Shown in pieces: positions 22,382 through 33,719 of a stretch of 37,687 nucleotides of DNA (its first letter is position 1; each line of letters begins with the position of its first letter). Made by a program: the position numbers and the translations under genes. This DNA comes from Nemertoderma westbladi (lineage: Eukaryota > Animalia > Xenacoelomorpha). The stretch spans positions 1 to 37,687 of the forward strand of contig JAUCBJ010000849.1 in assembly GCA_032718475.1 (NCBI GenBank). The letters run 5' to 3'. The notes beneath the pieces were generated by a model that was given only the letters and a program-made list of their open reading frames with translations, was not told the origin of the DNA and made no database searches.

Positions 22382-23167
22382 CGCCCTGGCTGTATTATTG
22401 AGGTTTGTGAATTGAAGAAACGGTAAACTTCAAAGAATTCCCTCCCAGTAGTACGTAGCTAGCAGTTCACAAAGATAATTGGTTTGGCTTGAATGGCTTG
22501 CATAGACTTGACCCACCTAATATAACAGCAATAATACTTTACAAATTAATAGCACCATGCTTTACATTACATAGGTTGTAAAAGTGGTCTTCCAGTTCAG
22601 GTAAAGCAAGGCCATGCATACTGTTCCTACAATGTATAGCCAGCCCATAACTCCATACTACCATACTGCTGCTGATCTGTTGAAGTCAGACAGTATTACG
22701 CCAAGGTGATACCCACCTCCCGCCTACATGGAGCGCGCCCGTGGGAAAGTTTACAGCAATTTTATATTGTGGATGATGGATGGTATGGAGATGGAAGTTG
22801 TGAATGTGGATTCCGCTTGGGGTTATCGAGTGATGACGGCCCTTGTATGTTTTATCGTAACTACTGAACTATCAATTAATAGTAAATCTAAAAAAAATGT
22901 ATTTTTATAAAAAAAAAATTTAATTTTACTCTTTTTATTTTCTTTCTCAAAAAATCTATGATGTGCGGCGCCACGCGCCTCTATTGTGGATCCGCGCCTG
23001 ATGGGGAGTGAAACCGGCCTCTGATGACTACAGCTGAACGCACAGGACTAGAGGATTACTGCATTAGCAGATTGATTAGAGTAGGCTACTGAACTAAACC
23101 ACAACTACAGAACTACCGGTACCAAACACAGAGACAGCCAGACCAGACTACTGGACTACAATCATCA

Positions 23168-25216
23168 ATGCACAATGCGGTAATGGACCGGGAGCAAGTA
23201 GAGCGAGAGTTCGAATGTTCCGTATGTCTACGACTTTTACATCAACCACGAGTTTTAATCAACTGCTCCCACTGTTTCTGTTACAAATGCATCATCAAAT
23301 TTTCTATACAACGCGGTGATGGATTTTCGTTGGAATGTCCTCGTTGTCGGAATCCCACCGAGGTAGAGAAACTGGATTCTTTGCCGACAGTAAGTCATAT
23401 CATCACCTCTATGATTGATATGATTCGAAAAGAAAAAACATGCGGCGAGTGCAGAAAAAACAAAGGAACGAATCCTTGCGAACGTTGCGACACCGAATTG
23501 TGCAGAAAGTGCGAACTTTACCACGTCTGTGTCGTCAATCCACCTAATTCGGCATCAGCTGGTGTACCGACGGTATGCTGGTCTAATGACGTAGATCTCG
23601 ATAAACAAGGAGCTGTTGGTGGATCTAAAGAACCGGATCCCGATCTGTGCCTAACCCACGGTCTAAACAAACGCCATTATTGTGAGAAATGCGAATGTGT
23701 TGTTTGTCGCCAATGTCATTCCGTTGACGATGTTTCTAAAGATCACGAGGTCTGGTATACGAACGAAGTCTGTACTTCAATCAGACGAAACTTAGTAGAA
23801 GGTCCGGGAAAGTTGAGAACACGATTGGAGACTAAACTATCAGTGTTGGAAGGAATTCTGGGGGATTTAGGTGACGTCACTAAAGTGTCAACCGACGACA
23901 TCCGCAAACACTTCCAATATTTATACAACGAATTAAAAGCAGCCGAAGATACAATGATGAAGCAGGTCCGGGATTTAAATACCAAAACGGCGGGAAAAAT
24001 ATCAGCAGCGCAGGAAATTCTCGCTAATATCGAAATTCCTGAAGAAAACGAATATTATAAGAAGATAAAGAATTCCGAGTTGATCAAAGAAATAGCGGAA
24101 GCCAAGAAGATTCTAAAGAAATATAAAGAAATCGAGCAGCGGATTTCTGAGATCGAAGTTGTAGAGGTACCGGAAATTCGTTTCGTTCCGGTCGAGTTAC
24201 AGAAGGACCTGGAAGGGATTACCGGCCGCGTTGATATTATAGATAGCGGAGATGGAGGAGAGAAGATGGCGGTTCCAGTAGAAGAACTGGAGGTTGAGAA
24301 ACGTTTTGACCTCCGCCAATACGAAGATATTTTATTAAGAGATCCGCCTCTAAAGGAAACATGTCGGATCGACTGTCGGAGAATGGGAATCGGTAAAGTC
24401 GGTACCATTGGTGGTCGTTATGGGAAACTGGGGATAACCGATTCCCTAACTAACAGGATTTATATTTACGAATTCAACGACGACAATTCTTTATCTTTAC
24501 GTGGTGAACCTATTATTCTAGAATCCGACTGCAACGCCGAAAAGAAACAGATTAAGTTTCTAGATAATTACCCCAAGGAAACCTGGATCGCCGCAACGGA
24601 AGAATGTGTATTTGTAATAAACCCAGAAGGAGATGATGTCAAACATTTGTGTCTTGGTAAAGAGAGATACCGCGGTCAACCAATAGGCCCAATGGTCGGT
24701 ATCCATTGTGATTATCTGCTAACGTCAAACAACTGCGTGATTAAACTGGACCGACGCGATTGTTCTAAGGAATGGATATCCCGTATCGAAGAACCCGGGA
24801 AACTCCTTCCCAGCGGTATTTTACCGGGCTATTTAGCCGTCGGATTATTCCAACCTAACGAACATAAGTTATCCATATGTAACTATTCCGCTACCGGTTC
24901 CAGACCCAACGTTACTCTTGTATTGGAAGAAAGGATATGCGTTATTGGTTGCGGTAAATCCGTCCCTATTGGGGCGGTGGAACTACTGTCGTATCGATAT
25001 CCATCATGGCATTACTTAGTTCCTCTTGAAGAAGAAGGGAATCATTATCTGGGGATTTATAAACACAATCCATTCGGAACTAAAGTATCCCGATTGGGTG
25101 CCGTGCCGGTAAACGGGTTCGGTGGGATCGCTACTCTGTATAACTGTGGAGAAACAAAAGGATTCTTTCTGGACGAAACTCGTAGTAACAGTTTACTTTA
25201 TATTAAATCTAACTGA
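23168..25216 (+). CDS. TRIM-family E3 ubiquitin ligase-like protein, copy B (682 aa; homologous ATG at 23183)
   Basis: Same RING/B-box/coiled-coil motifs as copy A; uninterrupted ORF; only frame-preserving indels relative to copy A. Confidence 0.92.
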   Translation: MHNAVMDREQVEREFECSVCLRLLHQPRVLINCSHCFCYKCIIKFSIQRGDGFSLECPRCRNPTEVEKLDSLPTVSHIITSMIDMIRKEKTCGECRKNKGTNPCERCDTELCRKCELYHVCVVNPPNSASAGVPTVCWSNDVDLDKQGAVGGSKEPDPDLCLTHGLNKRHYCEKCECVVCRQCHSVDDVSKDHEVWYTNEVCTSIRRNLVEGPGKLRTRLETKLSVLEGILGDLGDVTKVSTDDIRKHFQYLYNELKAAEDTMMKQVRDLNTKTAGKISAAQEILANIEIPEENEYYKKIKNSELIKEIAEAKKILKKYKEIEQRISEIEVVEVPEIRFVPVELQKDLEGITGRVDIIDSGDGGEKMAVPVEELEVEKRFDLRQYEDILLRDPPLKETCRIDCRRMGIGKVGTIGGRYGKLGITDSLTNRIYIYEFNDDNSLSLRGEPIILESDCNAEKKQIKFLDNYPKETWIAATEECVFVINPEGDDVKHLCLGKERYRGQPIGPMVGIHCDYLLTSNNCVIKLDRRDCSKEWISRIEEPGKLLPSGILPGYLAVGLFQPNEHKLSICNYSATGSRPNVTLVLEERICVIGCGKSVPIGAVELLSYRYPSWHYLVPLEEEGNHYLGIYKHNPFGTKVSRLGAVPVNGFGGIATLYNCGETKGFFLDETRSNSLLYIKSN

Positions 25217-25858
25217 ATCAGCTACACCTATCGATAAATTGAGTTTTAACTCGCTAACTATATATAACTCTTTACTTAACTCTTTCTTTCATTTAATACA
25301 GGCTCCAGTCTATGGCCCCGTATTTTATATATGACTGAGCTACCCCACATAGATATTTAGTAAAGATATGCGAAATTATAAAAAATTTTCACCAAACGGT
25401 TCCGCTGGTTTTTTAGAGGGTCTTAAACATAGCAACGGAGGAAATCCCCATAGCAACGGCTCTTATAGTAGATATGACGAGTTACAATTTATGGAAGATT
25501 ATTATTTCGGATACGAAGAATTTAATGACATATTTCGTTTTTTTGAAAATCCCATAGCAACCAAGTGAAAACGACCTTCAATATTAGCTTTATTGATAAT
25601 GTCCTTAGCAACGGACTAACGTAATTTCGGTTTATTTTACATTTCGATTCCGACATTTCGTAACAGAATAATTTTATAGTTGTGACATTTTTGATTAAAT
25701 TTTTTATTAAATTATGAAAATATAATAATGTGACATTCATTAATTTCGCGATTTATGCGAGTGACATGCTATTTATAAGTAATATAAATGGTTATAAATA
25801 AATTATTTATTACATAATAAATACGCTTTTGGCCGCTTTCGTTCATAATATTTTTAAT

Positions 25859-26345
25859 ATTTATCAACTCCAATCGATAGATTATGTGTTTACGCAACTA
25901 AATATGTATCATTTATAACATTTATCAACTCCAATCGATAGATTAGGTGTTTACGCAACTAAATATGTATCATTTATAACATTTATCAACTCCAATCGAT
26001 AGATTAGGTGTTTACGCAACTAAATATGTATCATTTATAACATTTATCAACTCCAATCGATAGATTAGGTGTTTACGCAACTAAATATGTATCATTTATA
26101 ACATTTATCAACTCCAATTGATAGATTAGGTGTTTACGCAACTAAATATGTATCATTTATAACATTTATCAACTCCAATCGATAGATTATGTGTTTACGC
26201 AACTAAATATGTTTCATTTATAACATTTATCAACTCCAATCGATAGATTATGTGTTTACGCAACTAAATATGTATCATTTATAACATTTATCAACTCCAA
26301 TCGATAGATTAGGTGTTTACGCAACTAAATATGTATCATTTATAA
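25859..26345. repeat. 61-bp minisatellite, 8 copies
   Basis: Same unit as 5157-5465. Confidence 0.95.
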
Positions 26346-27111
26346 AGAGTTCTTTACATATAAAGATATATAATACTCTTAGCTTTCGAATGCACTAAAT
26401 ATCTCAGAATTTCATTAACATGGACTCGAGTTATTAAGGATTTCCTGAAAAAGTTCCACATTTTAACTAATTTTCATAATATTTGTGTATTACAGTATAA
26501 TTTTGCATTGTATATCTCTGTTGCCATGGCAGCTGCTGTATGAATTGAATAGAAGCACTTCTAACTCAATAGGTATTCCTCGCCGCGGTTGTAAATTGTT
26601 GTGTTTCCACAGTAAATAGACCGTTTTAGACGCGGTAAAAATTGTCTAGGGTCCCAAAGTAAGTGTGACATGTTGCCAATGGCAACGTCTCAAGCTAATT
26701 TAGCAAGGTTTCTATAAAATTATTACAAAATATTTGTTAAAACAAATATAACTTGCATCCAAAATGTCAATGCTTTGCCTCATTGTATGTCGGTTGAAAG
26801 ATTACAGTATGTCTGGGTAGTTGATAGTCAGACATATGTGAAGTTGGTAAGACTATGCAGGCAGTATCCATGGCAACAGATGTGTATTCCTGTACATACA
26901 GTGGCAACGGACGAAGGGTTGGTTGGTTTTTGTTTACAACATGTACATAGACCTACATTGATTATTAGAATTATGTGATATACATAGGGACTAGACCATA
27001 GCAACAGGGGGTCTTTACCATAGCAACAAGTTATACTCCATAGCAACCATCACGCAGTTACTGAAATCAGTAGAAAATGTTTGTCATGCTTACTAGGCAA
27101 TATAGGTGATA

Positions 27112-29005
27112 CTACTACTACTACTAGGTCGAGCGAACTCGGACAGTGGAAATGAGATCCTTCCAGGCTTCCCGATTCTCCATAGTTGTCGCAATTTCGT
27201 TTCTCCCAAGTTCAGTATCCCTTTCAAGTTGATCTATATATGTTATGGCAGGTCGTCCACGACTACGCTTTCCATGAGTTGGTTGCTAGAGAAGTAGATC
27301 TGGTATGACCTCGTCTTTACTTCGCCAGCAGTGCCCACTGAATCTTAATCTGCGTTCACGGAGGGTGGTTGATACAGGTGGTATTGTAGCATAAAGCTCG
27401 GCGTTTGTCATGTGTTGTCTCCAGCTGATGTTTAGGGCTGCCCTTAGTAGTCTTGTGTAGCAACCATCAATTCGTTGTTCAAGTGATTTAGTCAGTGTCC
27501 AGGTCTCACCCCCGTATAAAAATACACTTTCCACTGTGGCTCGAAAGAACTTAGTCTTCAGGTGCCTGGAGAGATCTGATTTCCAGATGGTATCCATTTT
27601 TGATAGAGCTACCCAAGCCTTTGCTTTCCTAACTTCTATGTCCTTTTTGCTACTCTCTATCCATGATCCAAGGTACTGGAAGTCATCGACCTTCCTTAGT
27701 TGATTATTATCAATGGTTGTAAGTTTCCATCAACATTAAAGGTCATGAATTCGGTCTTGGTAGCATTTATATGCAATCCAACCTCCTTAGCAGCCCTCTC
27801 CACTTTATTTAGTAGAAGCTGTGCATCTGCTAGCGTATTAGAGAGCAGGGCGTTGTCATCCGCAAAGTCGGTGTCTGTGACTGTAGTTGCCGGATATCTA
27901 CTACTTCTGCGTTCTTGAAGTGTGAATCCCAGATCTTCACCCTTTGTGACCGTCCTCATTGCGTAATCCAGCACAATTACAAATAGTAATGGTGCTAATG
28001 TGTCACCTTGCAGTACGCTAGCCAGGATTGAGAAAAACTCAGTTTCACCATCTGGTGAGAGTACCTGCGCTTCTGTGTCACAATATAACAATCCAATGCC
28101 AGCAACAGTTACTTCTGGTATTCCATAAGCTCTTAGGATTTCAAGCATTTTACCTCTATGGATGGAGTCGAATGCCTTCTTGAAGTCCACAAAAGTCATG
28201 ACTGCGGGGAGATTCTTTGACTTAATTCCTTCAATCAGTCTCCGTAGTGCAAGTATCTGAGCTATTGTTGATCTACTTGGTCGAAATCCGTTTTGGCTCT
28301 TACGCAGTAGTTTCTCTATGTGAGGCCTAATCCTATATAGAATCATTTTATTGTATATTTTGGAAGCTACCACAAGCAGACAGATCCCACGATAGTTTGT
28401 TGGTAAGCCGAGGTCTCCTTTCTTGGGGAGAGGCTTTAGTTGACCTTTAGTCCAAATTGGTGGTGGCTTTTCCCCTTTTAACATCCGTTTGCAAACATTC
28501 AATAATGGTCTATTTAGCACTCCGGTTTTCCATACCTCCGCTGGGATTTCATCTAATCCACTCGCTTTATTATTGGACATGCTTTTAATGCTTCTTTGGA
28601 GTTCGGCAGGTGTGAAGTCCCCTCTCTCTATAGGTAGTGTCTTGTCATATATTTTCCTTGTAGGGCTGACCTCGATGTTTGGTGGCTGCCCAAGCAAGTT
28701 GCTGAAGTGATTTTTCCACTTCCCAACACGTTCTTCAGGACTATCGGCTTTGAGGCCCCCCTTTGCACAACTTTTCAGACCAGATACCTCATTTACAGTT
28801 TGCCAGGTAAGTCTTGATTGTTGCTGTATGTGAGCAGTTGTAATTGCTTCAGTTTTATTCTGTATGTACTTTTCCTGGCTGATGTTGTAGGCCAATTTAA
28901 GATCGTCCTTAGCTTTCTCAACCTTGTTAATGTTTTCGGTTGTTGGTTGTTCGGTTTTAACTTTGTAGGCTATCTTAAGATCTTCTCTCTTACAAGTAAC
29001 CTCAG
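27112..29005 (-). mobile_element. 5'-truncated RTE-like LINE (RT pseudogene), (TAG)5 tail, 12-bp TSD ATATAGGTGATA
   Basis: RT motifs NYRGICL, QNGFRP.RST, DFKKAFDSI, LQGDTLAPLLF, DFADD; frameshift near 27700 and stop at 27286; TSD 27100-27111 and 29006-29017/29029-29040; empty site in copy A near 6330-6341. Confidence 0.93.
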
Positions 29006-29340
29006 ATATAGGTGATATAGATAGATATATATAGGTGATAGACTGACAATAAGTTGGCAATATTCAGTAGTCATTTTCCACATAGCAACAATTTTACATA
29101 TTGCACAGCAACGGATGAACGATTAGTTGGTTATTGGTGAAAATTTGAATGTGGTCCTTTTTTTGATTACACAATTACACATTATATATTTGACGACCAC
29201 ACCGTAACAACAGGGGTTCGTTTCCATAGCAACTAGGTATCATCCATCCATAGTTACGAGAAAGCAGTTGGCTGAGATTAGTTGAAAAAATGTGAGTTCT
29301 GTAGTTCAAACAATGTTTATTTGCAAAATATGCAAAATAT

Positions 29341-30051
29341 GTGCCACTTACAAATTATGCGTAGCTGCGTAGGGCATTACAGACTCCGACAGAGTGACTT
29401 GAGATATACTGCTTACCGGTATCGCTCTGCTAAGGTTTTGAATATCAGAATATACGTATACAGATGTTGTCTGGATACTGGGATACAGCAGTACAGCACA
29501 GTTCACAGTTAGCTGGTTAGTCAGACAGTGACTTTTGCATACTGCCACATTGGTGACCTGACTGCTCAGCACGATTTGTTGAGCCGAACTGACGAACTGC
29601 AACCGGCACCCCACCCCAGCGCCTTCACCATGGCTGAGGCAAATGCCGTTGCCCTGAAACTGCCCGCCTTCTGGACTAACCAGCCCGAGGTCTGGTTTGC
29701 ACAGGCCGAGGCACAGTTCGCCATCCGGGGCGTCACAGCCGAAGCCACGAAGTACTACTACTGGTAGGGGCCCTCGACCAAGACACCGCCAGCCGCCTCC
29801 TCCAGCTGACCCAGGACGCCCCTGCTGTCAACCATTACGCCCAGATTAAGGCCAAACTCCTCAAGGTATTCGGACTCTCCCGCCACGACCGCGCCGTGCG
29901 GCCCTGGGACTTGAATGGCCTCGGTGACGACCACCACTGCCTGCTGTTCGAGGAGGCGTTCCTCCGCCAGATGCCCGACGCCATCCGCCCCCAACTCGCC
30001 GATGAGGACTTCCGCGACCTCGACCGCGTCGCGGAACGGGCCGACGCGCTT
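29341..30051 (+). mobile_element. gag: Truncated Ty3/Gypsy (CsRn1-like) LTR+PBS+gag, copy B
   Basis: LTR end ACTGCCACA 29549, TGGTGACC 29551, ttcaccATGG at 29630, MAEANAVALKLPAFWTNQPEVWFAQAEAQF; frameshift/stop at 29765-29767. Confidence 0.8.
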
Positions 30052-32132
30052 TGGTTAAACAAAGAGGTCGATAAATAGAAGTCAAAGAACAATGCATTAC
30101 GGGAGAAGAACTGGAAGGTGATGGAGCAGTTGAATCAACTAGAAGCAGCTCGGAAGGATGGTGACGTTAAGGTATCGCCATTATTTTATGTTCCCTTTCC
30201 CAGTATAACAAATGGATTTAAGTTGATTTTTTATTTTTCTTAATTTAATTACGTAATCAATAAATGGGTGGTTGTCCGGCATAGTTATGTGATTTTTCCG
30301 GAAATATGTTTTTTCAATTTCCTGAAATTTCCGGAAAAGTATACTTCACCCGTGTAGTAAAGACCACAATAGCCAAAACAACGAACCGCCTCAACACAAC
30401 GGAGAAGGAATCACTTCTTTCTAATGTTATTTACTCTACTTGTGTTTTCCTATTTGTTTTTAGAATGATTGTGTATAAACTGGCCAAATTGTAGGTGAAA
30501 TTGTAAAAGAGTTAAAATTGAAAATGTATTAATTTCCGAAATTGCGTTCAATATAAAATATATAACAATGAAATGCCAAAACACAAAGTCACAATCACAA
30601 TTTTAGTTCAAATCTTATTATTACATTTTATGCAATTAATAAGAAGTTATTCTGTAAATATTTCCTATTAAAAGTAAATTTTATAAAACTGTACATTATT
30701 AGTAAAATAGGAAATTTCCGGAAAAATGTCTCGGAAAGTTTCTTTATTTTCTTTACATTTCCCAAGTCCTTCAATATGCAGACACCGCACAGCACGAACG
30801 ACGACCTCCATGGAGACAGTGTTGGACTAGAGGAGAGCGACCTGCCTCCTTCGGTGACCGCCGCCCAAAACAACACGAAGCCCTTCTCAATATATAATAT
30901 TTATTCAGCCACCCATTCTATATGTTATATGTCCCCTTTATTCTCAATTGTTTTTAACTCACTATATTTCCAATACAGGTTGCCGAGGAAGCCCAAAGAC
31001 GGGCTTTACATGACCAGAACTCCGTGTTCCAGAAACTATTTCCTGATGTTGATATTCCCGAGAATATTGACCAATGGGACGCCGAGTATGAGGACAAAGT
31101 AATCAATTATCTGGAATCCAGATTTCTGGATCTGGAAACTCAGATTACCGAGTAAGTGAATGTTAACTTACCCAATCTGGACTCCCGCCTTGTCTCACAA
31201 ATCTGTACAACTGTTGTGAGTGAGTGACTTTGGTCCAAATGTATAATGTGTGATTTTTTTTCCAATGGTTTGAGTTGATTGCGAACTTTTGGTTTTTTTT
31301 GTGGTATTTAACAAATTTGACAATGAAATTTAAACTCTGATGGGTTGCGACCTCTGCTGTTATATTTAACTTTGCAGTTTGCTCCCATATGAAGAATTCC
31401 AGGTCTTCCCTAAAAATCCTTGTTCCAGAATGGCTGAATCTAACCAAAACAATAAACGAATTAGAATCTGTACAGGTTATCTGACAGAAATAAGAGCTAT
31501 AAAACACTTAAAATAAGGATAATTTAAAAAATACAAATTCTTCCTATATAAAATTCCGATAAATAGACTTACGGAAAATTATTGATAACCTGGATATTCT
31601 TCTCATGATGGGTGCAACTCGTTGTTGATACTAACTTTCCTCTTTTCGTTCTCGAAGTAAATCTATTCGCATTACAATCATAAAGTGAACGTCTAATAAT
31701 ATCAATGTTTCTCACTTATTTTTAATTGTTGATTACAGTTTGCACTCTCGTCTAGCTTCCGTTGAATCCGAGAACAGTGGTCTACAGACCAAATGCGATC
31801 AGTTTAAGTTGGGTCTCGATCAAACTGAAACAATCCTACACGAGCTGGAAGCGTCAGTTGATACCGAGCACACCAAATGGAAGGAGGGCATGGACGACTC
31901 GGCCATCGAGTTGGAAGCGACGCGAGCGGAGTTGGAGGCGATAAAAGAGGAGATGGTTGAACTGAGAACGGAGCGGGATATCGCGTTACAGTCTGAACGC
32001 CAAGTCGCCACGCAGTCGAAGGCCCAACTGGCTTCCCCCCACTCGCCCCTAAGGACTTCGAGCGTTTCAGCCGACCAATTAAACGGCTCCGCTGAGGCTA
32101 TGCTTAACGGTGACTCCCAACAGAACAGCTAG
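30051..32132 (+). pseudogene. 3' part of KTN1/RRBP1-like gene, copy B; exons ~30051-30171, 30979-31151, 31739-32132
   Basis: Same exons, sizes (173, 394 nt) and splice sites as copy A; premature TAG at 30076-30078. Confidence 0.8.
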
Positions 32133-32984
32133 CTATTGGCCGAATCGTAAGGCTGTTTTATTCCTACCGGTTAACCAATCAATCGCGCGTCGATGGTTGT
32201 GCTGGTAGGGTCAACTCAATGTGCTTTATTTATTTGTAGAGGAGGGCGGGTTATTGGAACATTAAGGTGACGAATAGACTGGCGGTTGTCATGGAAACGT
32301 TGCTCTACGGAGGTTTCAATGGTGGTGGTGGTGGGTGTAAACAATCGTCACATATATTTAACCTTATAGTAAAAGTATTACCACTCAGTTGTATTTAAAT
32401 TAAATTAGCCAATGGGTTCTTTTTATTTTTGTGTGTGGTTTGTTTATATTTATCAGAATTAGTTTATCACCCTGTCAATAATAACGCATTACTTTAATAT
32501 CTATCTAATTAATTATTAGATTAGAAATTATTTTTCCCTCTTGTTCGAGATTTTTCCCGATAAAATAATTGGTTGTTTTTGGTTAATTTTATCCAATTCA
32601 ACCATGATGTCTAATAAATTGAATTGTCTAAGTTGTATTGTTTATTTCCCTTAACTCGCTTTATTGTCTATCTACCTCGTTCTATTATTTTCCTCGGATG
32701 TTTTTAATGATTAAAAAATTAATTGATAACCTCACAATCATAGTTGATAACTTTAGATAACCTTAACAGAGCACTTAATTGATTTCTTTTGACTCTCTGT
32801 AGCTCTTTGTTAATATTGACATAGCGAGCATGGTGTTCTGTGGTTAGAAAACTTATTTGCATTATTTTGTAAACAATAAACAAATGTTTAAAAAAAAAAT
32901 CAGTAATAATTTTGGAACTGAAGGGCGTGTCCCACCGCCATTATTATAACTTTTGTTGGGCACAGCTTTGCAAAGTCGGCAATG

Positions 32985-33056
32985 ACATCCAGGTGGGATC
33001 GAACTGGTGACCTCCGGGTTGAAAGCCTGACGCTCTAACCATTCAGCAAGCGGCTC
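32985..33056 (-). mobile_element. tRNA-derived SINE head / tRNA pseudogene (copy B)
   Basis: Paralog of 10170-10241. Confidence 0.65.
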
Positions 33057-33719
33057 AGGTAAAAAATATACCTAGAAATACTATCTGATACCTTGTATGT
33101 CCGCAATTTACCTCCTCATGGCCTCCCATCTCTCAATACCATCATATGCTGCCACTGTGCTCAACCCTACCGTACTTGGCCGTCTTGTCGTCGTTATACG
33201 ACGTACTTCACTACTTGCTCTGTATTCTTTATTCCCCTTGTGAGACTTGCCACACTGTAACTAGAGGGGTGCGCGCTCCCCACGTTATAAACAGAGAAAA
33301 TCAAAAATGCTTGTAACCGAAACCAACTTTTGTGTTGTACAATTTTATACACTCAAGGGTAAAGTGAAAGTATTGTTTATCGCTGTATCCTAGCAGCACT
33401 ACTAAATACAATAAATATTTTTGCTCGATTTTTTTTGAGATTAGGCCAACACATTTTTATATTTTATTTTATTATCTTTAAAACAAAACAACTTCTTCTT
33501 TATTTTATTTATCTACTGTAATACAAGGCAGGTTCGTTTTTAAAGAGTACAACTACTTAGTTTGATTTCAGTTAGTTTTCTGTTATAAGAAGGGGATGGA
33601 GGATAATCTACTAAGGAGATTTACATCCTCGGGCCAAATCTTAGAGGAAGAAATGCCCGGGCGATCTCATAAAGTAGGAAATTACCGACCTCAATGGTTT
33701 TAAATAATTAATAATAAAC

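Larger units (their letters stand above)
21028..23000. mobile_element. Non-autonomous hAT-like DNA transposon, 8-bp TSD ATGGGGAG
   Basis: TIRs CAGGGGCGGATCCA / TGGATCCGCGCCTG (13/14); perfect TSD 21020-21027 and 23001-23008; absent at the paralogous site in copy A (~2304-2311). Confidence 0.9.
10869..33686 (+). repeat. Tandem segmental duplication, copy B (~22.8 kb including TE content)
   Basis: Colinear with 883-10868 once 11634-16004, ~16252-20760, 21028-23008 and 27112-29040 are removed; ends with the same aaagtaggaaa.tacc junction. Confidence 0.93.

Noticed and set aside
22480-22720. Possible degenerate LINE fragment on the minus strand (HLGVILSD-like)
   Set aside because: Too short and decayed to support without a search.
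25859-26345. 61-bp arrays as CRISPR
   Set aside because: Full-length tandem identity, no spacers.
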